Shown piece after piece: positions 39,675 to 48,538 of a stretch of DNA of 64,000 bases; within the stretch, counting starts at the first letter, position 1; each line of letters starts with the position of its first letter. The translations under genes were made by a program, and so were the position numbers. The stretch is from Promethearchaeota archaeon (GTDB lineage: Archaea; Asgardarchaeota; Lokiarchaeia; Sigyniarchaeales; SOKP01): assembly GCA_048938895.1 (NCBI GenBank), contig JBHLLU010000006.1:54367-118366 (forward strand). The letters are read 5' to 3'. The notes beneath the pieces were generated by a model. That model saw only the letters and a program-made list of their open reading frames with translations. It was not told the DNA's origin and ran no database searches.

Positions 39675-42251
39675 TTATGATTTTTGGATAGTTTTTTCTG
39701 TAGGTTTACCTCTTAAAAATTTTGATGTTTTACTTAATTCTTCATGAAACACTGTTTCAAATGCTTTATTACGATCAACAATACTGATTCTAGGCAACCC
39801 TGTTCTTCTCAACCTTTTGCGATATTTTCGAACTTTACGAACTGTTCTTGGGTATTTTAAAACTTTTTGATAAGCATAAAGATAAGCACCTAATGCAATA
39901 GATACGATAATGCCTACTATCAATAAGATCTGAAAAATAATGGAAGAATCTTTTAGCTTACTCGCAACTATGATGAATTCAAGACTTATAAAATTGTACT
40001 TATCACCACCAAAAGCATCAATTATAATGGGATGAGTTCCAACTGGTACATTTGATATAGTTGCTTCATATATACCATCATTATCAGGATCCTCAAAGAT
40101 TCCATTCCCCTTTTCCCAAGAGTAGGTGACAATTGCCCCTTTAACTATTTCATTTAAATCTGTATTATTTATAAATACTCTGATAATAGCGTCTTCTCTA
40201 GCATGAATACCAATGGTATCAGTATTGTTGACACCAGTTATAACAGAATTAATTTTTCTAACTGTTATTCTAGGATTTATAGTTTGATATTCAAAATTTA
40301 ATTTACTCGCTTCAATTTTTAAGAGATTATTACCAAAACTTAGTTTTATTGAACTATTAATGAGAATAGAATATTGATGGAATTTAACACTTTCATTTAA
40401 TGTTTCTATTATTCCCATTCCTGACAAAGTAACTGTTGCTCCCATTACAGGTGTGCCTATAAGAGTGTTATATTTGACAGTTATATTAAGTAGAGCATCA
40501 AGAGGAATATCTTTTAAAGGATCTAAGGTTCTATTTTCCCCATTTAAGAAAAGATGTAAATTTTGTGTTTCAGTAGGTACAACCGTTAAAATTGGATTTA
40601 TTGTACTTAATTCATAATTTATCTTATGGGCAACAACTTTAAATTGAAATGTGCCCACGTTTAAATCATTTGAATCTATTATAATTGTATATTGTCCATG
40701 GGTTATATCTTCTATTAAAGTTCCTGTGATATTCCCTGATAATTGAACAACCGCTCCTGAGATATGAGTACCAGTATCATCAGGATATTTAACTGTAATA
40801 TTCAAATCATTTCCTACAGGATGACTATAAACTGGATTTAATGTCTTATTGATACCATTAAAAAATATTTGTAGGTTAGTCTGAAAATCAGGAAAGATTA
40901 CTGTATAAGTAATGTTAAGGTATACATCATCAATAGAAACAGTCGTATTACGATTCAAGCTAAATTTATCCGCAAGATAAACTTGAATTGAAAAATTAAT
41001 ATCTGTATTATAAGGTATAAAAGATGTAACATCAAATCCCCCAATTTTAGCTTCTTGAAATGATGTTGTGGCATCAGTTAACTTAATCGTTTCAGGTATT
41101 TTATTTGTATTTATATAAGCCCTAATTTCAGAATTTGGAGATTTACTAGTCCAATTATTATCGATTTTATACTTGAAATTAAGTTTAGCTTCATTTAATA
41201 TGACTGTATCATTACTTACATCATTTATCTGCCCAGCATCTTGATTCCAAGAAATTGAACTGAATTGTTTAATCTTTTTCTCGTAACTGAAAGTTAAATT
41301 AAAAGATCGAATAATTAAACTTCTCCACCTATCAATATCTACGTTATATTCATTATCTTCACAATAGATATCAATTCCCAAAGTTATTGTAAAGTTATAA
41401 CCATCATTACTTAAAACAGAGGTCAAATATGATTTAAGAATCTCCTCCGAAACTGGATTTAATGGCGTATCTGGATATGAATCTATTACAGGACTGTCTT
41501 GGCCTAAATTTGTAGTTTTATTGGTGGCAATAGGATAAGTGAAACTATTATCTAAGTCTGAAAGTTGAGCATAAAATGTTGCTGAATCACCAATACCAAA
41601 TTGTGGCACTGTTGGTGGGTTACCTTCTGTATAATCTCCTTTAACTTCAATACCACCTCCATCATGATCAAGAGCTTGAACTGAGGCATTAAAAATTACC
41701 TCAACCGAGGCAGATGTTATAATATATTCTGACATATTAACAGGCATAGTAATATTTTGTTTCCATTGCATACTCGGAGTATTTCTTGATTGATCGACTC
41801 CTTCATCCCATGTGTGAGAAACATAACAACCAGCGGAATTAATGCCATAATTATCTGGTGCGATCGGATATTTTGGATTATTGAAAGAAATCCAATCTAC
41901 ATCATTGAGGGGGTTATCTATTCTTTTTATTCCTGAATCTCCAATAATCTTTAGATTCACTTGACCTAAACCTGCTGAAGCTTCCACGTCTCCTAAATCT
42001 CCTTCTAATTCTGGATACCATATAGGTTCAATTGGATCTTCAAACGTGGGATTCTTAAGCCATACTGCAGTAAGTGTTTCTTCAGCAGTCATTTTAGGCT
42101 TTTTATACTCAGTAACTTCGAATACATTATCAATATTCGATTGGAATTCTTTATTTGGAAATAAAGGAATAATGAGAATTGATAACAAAATAATAATAAA
42201 TAAAGTAGAAGATGTGAAAATTCTCTTTTTTCTACAGTTTTTCAGATTCAT
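39675..42251 (-). CDS. Membrane-anchored surface protein, A-type module plus about three Ig-like repeats
   Basis: N-terminal TM, module with GGIEVKGDY and CEDN, repeats (LNITVKY...GAVVQLSG), TM, KYPRTVRKVRKYRK. Confidence 0.85.
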   Translation of the reverse strand: MNLKNCRKKRIFTSSTLFIIILLSILIIPLFPNKEFQSNIDNVFEVTEYKKPKMTAEETLTAVWLKNPTFEDPIEPIWYPELEGDLGDVEASAGLGQVNLKIIGDSGIKRIDNPLNDVDWISFNNPKYPIAPDNYGINSAGCYVSHTWDEGVDQSRNTPSMQWKQNITMPVNMSEYIITSASVEVIFNASVQALDHDGGGIEVKGDYTEGNPPTVPQFGIGDSATFYAQLSDLDNSFTYPIATNKTTNLGQDSPVIDSYPDTPLNPVSEEILKSYLTSVLSNDGYNFTITLGIDIYCEDNEYNVDIDRWRSLIIRSFNLTFSYEKKIKQFSSISWNQDAGQINDVSNDTVILNEAKLNFKYKIDNNWTSKSPNSEIRAYINTNKIPETIKLTDATTSFQEAKIGGFDVTSFIPYNTDINFSIQVYLADKFSLNRNTTVSIDDVYLNITYTVIFPDFQTNLQIFFNGINKTLNPVYSHPVGNDLNITVKYPDDTGTHISGAVVQLSGNITGTLIEDITHGQYTIIIDSNDLNVGTFQFKVVAHKINYELSTINPILTVVPTETQNLHLFLNGENRTLDPLKDIPLDALLNITVKYNTLIGTPVMGATVTLSGMGIIETLNESVKFHQYSILINSSIKLSFGNNLLKIEASKLNFEYQTINPRITVRKINSVITGVNNTDTIGIHAREDAIIRVFINNTDLNEIVKGAIVTYSWEKGNGIFEDPDNDGIYEATISNVPVGTHPIIIDAFGGDKYNFISLEFIIVASKLKDSSIIFQILLIVGIIVSIALGAYLYAYQKVLKYPRTVRKVRKYRKRLRRTGLPRISIVDRNKAFETVFHEELSKTSKFLRGKPTEKTIQKS

Positions 42252-42561
42252 ATAAGCTTTATAACTCCTTTAATTCATAAGTTCATTTTAAGTTAGTATA
42301 CTAAACTATTCCATAAATAATTTACCACTTGATTTAAAATATATTCGAAATATATTCTTATATAAATTTCATTAGGATATTATCTTATATAAAATGATTT
42401 GAAGCACCCATACAAATATTCTCTATTCTAAATTTCTATATGTCTATTTGAAATTAAATTAAATAAAGTTTAATTAAATGTTAATAATAAATAATACTTA
42501 AGAAATATTATTATAAGAATTATTTTAAAAACTTATTAATTGAAATTCGAGGTATTAAAAT

Positions 42562-43815
42562 TTGATTCAAGGTATTTTAACATTTCAGTTCAAAATCAAT
42601 CAGAAAGAGTCAGGTGAAATTGAACCAGAATTCGAGCCAATCCAATCGATTTTTCGTGATGATCAATTTGAAGAAGAAAATATTTCGGAATTACTTACTG
42701 ATAATGACTTATTTGCTATATTTTATCAACACACCACGGGATTATTTGGCGTAAAGTATAGTTATAGCAATTTCTACACAGGGAGATTAAAGGAGACACC
42801 ATATCAGGTAATATCTTATTTTAAACAAGTTGCAGATGGTACTCAATATTTAGCTGTTTCAATTTTTGAACTTGATGATGAGATAGAAATTTTTGAAGAT
42901 TTAATAAAAGAAATGGGAAATCGGTTAGATACAATATTTGATAAATTAACTAGGGCTAAAAGTTCGAAACAGGTTTCATTAATCGAGAACATTAATATTA
43001 GATTAAAGAATGAAATTAAATTTGCTATATTTCAAGTTGATAGATTATCGAATTTGGATAAACTTCAAAAAGTAGCTTTGATCTATAATAGTGAAGAAAG
43101 GCTTAAAATCTTAGAAATATTACGGGAACGTCCGACTGCTAAGAAAGAGTTGAAAAACATAATTGAAAAAATGTCTACTACAGTTAATATTGATATTCTC
43201 CTCCAACCTTTTCTGGAATTGAATATAATTAGGCGTGATTGGATAAAAGGGGAGAAGGATAAGAAAACTGGAGAAATTAAACATCAAGGAGAATATTTAT
43301 TCTTAGTCAAGGATATTCTTATAGCGAGGATTCCCAATGAGACTTTATTAAACCATTTCAAGGAAACAAAAAATGAACTACTTCCATTTTATAAACAAAA
43401 AGTAATCGATTATTTCTCCACATATGATCCTTACAACCAATCAAGAGAAGAAACAAAAAAAATAGCATCCATTCTATTATCTCCTGATGCCTATGATTTT
43501 TACGTTTTAATGAGACATAATCATTACCCACTCGACAAAATCCCAAAAATATTCTCAGAATTTGCTGTGACTGAAATATTATTAGATGATTTGAAAAAAT
43601 TAAATGTTATTGCAGAGATTACTGATGATAATGAACGTAATTGGATATGTCTACTAACAGAAATAAAACCCTTGATTATTTTCCCCGAATATTTGTTGCC
43701 TAAGATCAGGGAGGCATATAGGAATGAAGATGGTGATGGTGAAATCACTTATGAAATTGCTAAGAAGGCTCTTAGTTTGCTAGAAATTACATATCCCGAG
43801 AAAGTGGAATTTTAG
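42562..43815 (+). CDS. Hypothetical protein, putative longin-like domain plus two winged-helix repeats
   Basis: Internal repeat ERLKILEILRE...LQPFLELNII...EYLFLVKDI versus DAYDFYVLMRH...LDDLKKLNVI...NWICLLTEI; N-terminal beta-alpha-beta pattern. Confidence 0.65.
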   Translation: MIQGILTFQFKINQKESGEIEPEFEPIQSIFRDDQFEEENISELLTDNDLFAIFYQHTTGLFGVKYSYSNFYTGRLKETPYQVISYFKQVADGTQYLAVSIFELDDEIEIFEDLIKEMGNRLDTIFDKLTRAKSSKQVSLIENINIRLKNEIKFAIFQVDRLSNLDKLQKVALIYNSEERLKILEILRERPTAKKELKNIIEKMSTTVNIDILLQPFLELNIIRRDWIKGEKDKKTGEIKHQGEYLFLVKDILIARIPNETLLNHFKETKNELLPFYKQKVIDYFSTYDPYNQSREETKKIASILLSPDAYDFYVLMRHNHYPLDKIPKIFSEFAVTEILLDDLKKLNVIAEITDDNERNWICLLTEIKPLIIFPEYLLPKIREAYRNEDGDGEITYEIAKKALSLLEITYPEKVEF

Positions 43816-43845
43816 TATTTAATAAAAATGAGTTGATTATATAAA

Positions 43846-46050
43846 ATGTATTTATTCAAAGATAAGGATGTAATTGAAGTTCCAATTACATGCAAATATT
43901 GTTTAAAAGAGATTAAATTTCCAATAGCAAAAAGCGAATATAAAGACGTAACAAAGTTTCCAATTAAAAGAGAAAGTGTTCATGGTGTTCCTGAACATAA
44001 ACTAACAGTTTTTATAAATATGAGTTTGGAGATTGAGAATTTTGAAATTCAAGAATTAGGTGAAAAGGAAGAAGAGGTTGCTTATTCAGAAGAATTAATT
44101 AAACAAGTTCTCAGTGATATAGAATTATCAGATGAAGAAATAGAATTGTATTTTAGAACAACAGGACGAGAGACAGTGTCTCTAGGGGAAATCTCGATTT
44201 TAATTGGAAAATCTAAAGATGAGTGTAAAAAAATAGTTGACAAATTCATTGAAAAAGGATTGTTTAAAGAAATTATTGGTGCTACACCTCATTATGCTGC
44301 TTTACCTCCATATGCTGCACTAGTAGCCCAATTAAACAAGTTCTATACTTATATTTCTGAGATCAAATCAAAAATTCCTACTCAATTAGAGAGCTCATTT
44401 GCTCAGTTAGAATCTCAAGCTAAGGGTATGGAGGCTTTAAAGGATTCTAGTGAGGCAATGGTTGAATTAAAAGAAAAGATGCTCAATCAAATTCAAGCTC
44501 AAAAAAAAGAATTCGATGAAACAATTTCTGCAATTGATCAGATTAAAAACATTACAAAAGATATTTCTGGTTTAGGGGAGGTTACAAAAAGTATTTCAGA
44601 TGATCAAATAGGAAGTTTAACATCTCAATTTGATAATCTTAATTTAAAGACTTCACAAGTTATAAGAAACCAAGTTGAGGAATTAAGAAATCAGTTAGGG
44701 GATGTCAAACAAATTGTAAGTGATAATCTACAAAAATTAAAGCTGGGCGTAATTCAACAAGCAGTGGGTGATGTAATAGAAAAAGTTATAGCTTCGCGAT
44801 TAAAGGATATTACTGATAATCTGAATGTACAACTTAGTGTAAGCCAAACAGTGTTTGCAGACGAATTAAAGAAATTAACACAAGGAGTTGATTCCGAATT
44901 TGTTTCAAAATTAAGAAGTCAAATCGAAGATGCTGTTAAAAATATTGAAGGAATTTCTATTAAATCTGATGATGATAAAGAAAGAGCTTTTTCGGAAATA
45001 ATTGAGAACTTTAATAAAGCTGCAAAGTTAGCAGAAAAGAAGATTGACGGTCTTTCAGGAGACATTTTTCAATCATTTGGAAACATACGAGAAATTTTCT
45101 CTAAAGGAATTGTAGATACATTAAATAATACTTTAGATGATATTTTGAACAGATTGGAACTCAGTGAAAAGACTACGAAAGAATTCTGGGAGCAATCAAA
45201 AAAAGCGAAGGGTGCAATAACAATGAAAGACATTTGGTTCATACGTTCACCAGAAGCAGCTAAAGCTCATATAAATGACGAGATTTCCAAAGCCAAAATG
45301 AGAGTCTTAATTGTTGCACCAGATCTCTTAGATATCGACATTGACTCTATTAAAGCAAGACCCTCAAGGATAAATTTTAGAATTGCTACTCATATAGACC
45401 CACATATAAAAGCACATGAAGTAGTAATGCAACAGCTAGATCAAATGGATAATGTAGATTACAGAAATCGTGTATTACAGAATCTATGGGGAATTAATCG
45501 TGATTATGAAGAGGTAATTTTGTGTGTGCTTTCCAAAACGGAATTTCGCGGAGAAGAGGTAACTGAAATTGCTGGTATCGGGAGTATAATAGAAGAACAT
45601 ATTAAAATTTTTGTACCTATACTCGAAGATGCCTGGGTTGGTGCACGAAAAGAAATTATGAGGGATATTAAATCATCTCTTTCCCGAGAACCTGAGCAAA
45701 TAACTCCACCACCACGCAGACCTGAAGACGCTCTTACAATTCCACCAACTCCAGAATATAAAGCACCTGTACCTTCAGAAGCACCTACTGATATAAAAGC
45801 ACCTTCTTTCTTAGTGACTCTGTTTGATAGTATCATGAATAAATTAGATAATAAAACCGGTATTGAGATTTCCACATCTTTAGAAAAATTTCAGAGTGAA
45901 TTTGTCAAAAGAAAAGGTTATAACAGTGTTTTAAAAAATATTCATACTGAGTGCAACGACTTAAAAGCTAACACTACTTTACTCAATCAACAACAAAAAG
46001 AAGATCTTAAGCTAAAGATGAAACTCTGGCGTCAACAACTCGATCTATAA
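43846..46050 (+). CDS. TrmB-like regulator with N-terminal CxxC domain, long coiled-coil insert and extra C-terminal helical domain
   Basis: CKYC...H...H; LSDEEIELY...LGEISILIG...KFIEKGLFKEIIGATPHYAALPP (TrmB wHTH); IWFIRSPEAAKAHINDEISKAKMRVLIVAP (TrmB effector-domain start). Confidence 0.75.
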   Translation: MYLFKDKDVIEVPITCKYCLKEIKFPIAKSEYKDVTKFPIKRESVHGVPEHKLTVFINMSLEIENFEIQELGEKEEEVAYSEELIKQVLSDIELSDEEIELYFRTTGRETVSLGEISILIGKSKDECKKIVDKFIEKGLFKEIIGATPHYAALPPYAALVAQLNKFYTYISEIKSKIPTQLESSFAQLESQAKGMEALKDSSEAMVELKEKMLNQIQAQKKEFDETISAIDQIKNITKDISGLGEVTKSISDDQIGSLTSQFDNLNLKTSQVIRNQVEELRNQLGDVKQIVSDNLQKLKLGVIQQAVGDVIEKVIASRLKDITDNLNVQLSVSQTVFADELKKLTQGVDSEFVSKLRSQIEDAVKNIEGISIKSDDDKERAFSEIIENFNKAAKLAEKKIDGLSGDIFQSFGNIREIFSKGIVDTLNNTLDDILNRLELSEKTTKEFWEQSKKAKGAITMKDIWFIRSPEAAKAHINDEISKAKMRVLIVAPDLLDIDIDSIKARPSRINFRIATHIDPHIKAHEVVMQQLDQMDNVDYRNRVLQNLWGINRDYEEVILCVLSKTEFRGEEVTEIAGIGSIIEEHIKIFVPILEDAWVGARKEIMRDIKSSLSREPEQITPPPRRPEDALTIPPTPEYKAPVPSEAPTDIKAPSFLVTLFDSIMNKLDNKTGIEISTSLEKFQSEFVKRKGYNSVLKNIHTECNDLKANTTLLNQQQKEDLKLKMKLWRQQLDL

Positions 46051-46127
46051 TTTACTTTTACCTAATATTCTTTTCTTTTATCCGAGATAATAAAATACTT
46101 AATATTGAATATATACTTACTTGTTTT

Positions 46128-47165
46128 ATGGCAGAAAAAGTAATCACGCTTAAATCTGGCAGAGTTAATGAATATCTTCACATTATTGATGCCGAAAGTT
46201 ATGGAACAAAAAGAATGCTTTCTTTATTTCTAGGCAAATTTGATGATGGAACTGTATTGATAGACTGTGGTTCATCATTAGATATCAAAAAAAGTTTACG
46301 ATATTCTAAGATAAATAATATTCCCTTATCATCATTTAAATATTTGGTAACTACCCATCATCATTTCGACCATGTTGGAGGAATATGGAAACTTTATGAA
46401 GAAATAAAAAAGCATAATCCACAAGTAAAGATCCTTACTAATAAAATTACGAAGGAATTATTAAACGATTTTGAGCTCCATTTAAAAAGAGGAACAAGAA
46501 CATATGGTAGCTTAACAGGTGAAATGAAACCGATTGAAGAATCTGCGTTTCAAGTTATAGAACCTAGTACTGATTTTAAAATTGAAACTAGTTATCATGG
46601 AAATGATATTAGTTTTAATATTAACAATACTGAAATTAAATTAGTAATCTTTAACACACCAGGGCATACCCCCGATCATCAATGTCCTGCATTTATTAAG
46701 GATGGAACACTCGATTTTATCCATTTTGGGGAAGCTGTAGGAACAATCTATCATGCGTCAAAATTGGTAACAATGCCAACATCGATGCCCATTTTCTATA
46801 ATAATGAAAAATATATGGAGACTCTACATAATCTCGAGAAATTAAATCCTTTAAGAGCAGGATTCGGGCATTTTGGTCTTGTTAATGGTAAGAAAAATGT
46901 TAGGAAACTGTTTATAGAACATATATCTTATATGAAAAAATTTCGTAAAAAAATAATTAAATATTATAACCAAAATCCTGAAACTTCATATGTACTAGAA
47001 AAGATGACTCCTTTCTTAAATCCTAGAACAGATTTACCCATAGATGATAATCCTGTACTTAATGGGATTTCCTTAGCAATAGTCTATGGAGAAATGATTT
47101 CATTAGGTTATAGAGAAATTCCAGAAGAGGAATTAGTTTATTATAAGAAATTCTATTCTTTATGA
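46128..47165 (+). CDS. Metallo-beta-lactamase fold hydrolase
   Basis: LIDCG, THHHFDHVGG, TPGHTPDH, FGHFG. Confidence 0.9.
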   Translation: MAEKVITLKSGRVNEYLHIIDAESYGTKRMLSLFLGKFDDGTVLIDCGSSLDIKKSLRYSKINNIPLSSFKYLVTTHHHFDHVGGIWKLYEEIKKHNPQVKILTNKITKELLNDFELHLKRGTRTYGSLTGEMKPIEESAFQVIEPSTDFKIETSYHGNDISFNINNTEIKLVIFNTPGHTPDHQCPAFIKDGTLDFIHFGEAVGTIYHASKLVTMPTSMPIFYNNEKYMETLHNLEKLNPLRAGFGHFGLVNGKKNVRKLFIEHISYMKKFRKKIIKYYNQNPETSYVLEKMTPFLNPRTDLPIDDNPVLNGISLAIVYGEMISLGYREIPEEELVYYKKFYSL

Positions 47166-47256
47166 ATTCTAGTTCGCCGTATCTCGCTATTTAAAATTTA
47201 GTCTAGTTTCAAAAATTCCTAAAAGTACTAATTTAGTATTTGCATAAAATCTTATA

Positions 47257-48459
47257 ATGGATAGAGAAATTGAATACGACGTTTGTATAGTTGGGGCAAG
47301 TATAGCAGGAAACTATTTGTGTTATTTATTATCAAAAACAAACTTAAATATTGTAGTTATTGAAGAACATAATGAAATTGGTGTACCACTTCAATGTGCT
47401 GGTATCATATCTCAAAAACTTATTAAACTAGTTTGCATACCAGACAAGATCATTTTAAATCGAGTGAGGGTAGCGAAAATTGTATCTCCTAATGAACAGT
47501 TTATCAAAATATCTGGCAATGAAGAACCTTATGTCATTGATAGAACTGCTCTCGATCGTTTTTTTTACGAAAAAGCAACAAAAAATGAAAAAATCAAGTA
47601 TCTCTTAGGAGAAAAATTTATATCTTTCAAACATATCAAAAAGAGAAATAAACAGGCATTATTGATTAAAACATCGAACCATAAAATTAAAACGAAAATT
47701 TTGGTTGGATGTGATGGGCCGTTATCTACCGTCGCTAAATCTTTATGTGTAGAGAATAATAATTTATACGCAACCCAAATTCGAGTACCAGCGAATTTTG
47801 AGGAGAATGAGGTTGTAATGTACTTTAATCCAAGATGGAAAGAATTGTTTGGTTGGATAGTTCCTGAGGGAAATGGTGTTTTTCGCATTGGAATGGCTTG
47901 TTCCCAAAATTTGGTGAAGAATTATCAATATTTCCTTAAAAAAATTAATATTGATTTCACTCATAAGATAGACCAACAAGGAGGTCTTATTCCATTCGGG
48001 ATGATGAATAGAGTTGCATTCGACAATGTCTTACTTTTAGGAGACTCGGGGTGTCAAGTTAAAGCTACAACTGGTGGAGGGATTATTAACCTTCTTACAG
48101 CAGCAAAATTTGCTGCATTTTGTATTAAAAAATGTCATATGCTTAATGATTTCTCAAGAAAGATTATTAAGAAATATTATGAAATTCCCTGTCGTCTAGC
48201 CATTGGAAAAGAACTTAAGATCCATTATTTAATAAGGATGATTCTGGAAAGATTAGATAATAATGATTTCATTAAATTATTTAAAATTATAAGACATAAT
48301 AAAATTGAGAATTTAATCAATATTTATGGCGATATGGATTTCCCAAGAGTATTTATTCTAAAACTTTTAAAAAATCCGATCGTAATTTCCTTTCTCGTGA
48401 AATTTACTTTAAAAAATCCCCTCTTTCTTATTAAGCTTTTTAGATTAATTACTCACTAA
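47257..48459 (+). CDS. Geranylgeranyl reductase family flavoprotein
   Basis: VGASIAG, PLQCAG, IDR..LDR, GCDGPLS, FGWIVP, LGDSGCQVKATTGGGI. Confidence 0.9.
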   Translation: MDREIEYDVCIVGASIAGNYLCYLLSKTNLNIVVIEEHNEIGVPLQCAGIISQKLIKLVCIPDKIILNRVRVAKIVSPNEQFIKISGNEEPYVIDRTALDRFFYEKATKNEKIKYLLGEKFISFKHIKKRNKQALLIKTSNHKIKTKILVGCDGPLSTVAKSLCVENNNLYATQIRVPANFEENEVVMYFNPRWKELFGWIVPEGNGVFRIGMACSQNLVKNYQYFLKKINIDFTHKIDQQGGLIPFGMMNRVAFDNVLLLGDSGCQVKATTGGGIINLLTAAKFAAFCIKKCHMLNDFSRKIIKKYYEIPCRLAIGKELKIHYLIRMILERLDNNDFIKLFKIIRHNKIENLINIYGDMDFPRVFILKLLKNPIVISFLVKFTLKNPLFLIKLFRLITH

Positions 48460-48538
48460 AACCATTTATATTTTTCACGACTAAAGTATTAAATAAATCA
48501 GAATTTAAAAGTAATATAATTCAACAGGTGAATTTAAT

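Noticed and set aside
39655-39677. Possibility that genes A and B are one frameshifted fusion gene
   Set aside because: Gene A ends in tandem TAA TAA and gene B has its own Met, basic N-region and hydrophobic segment, so they look like real separate genes. An indel in the T-run at about 39655-39661 would not remove the stops.
33269-42251. Diversity-generating retroelement or repeat array explaining the repeated modules
   Set aside because: Similarity is at protein level with diverged DNA; I saw no reverse transcriptase, no near-identical TR/VR pair and no CRISPR-like periodicity.
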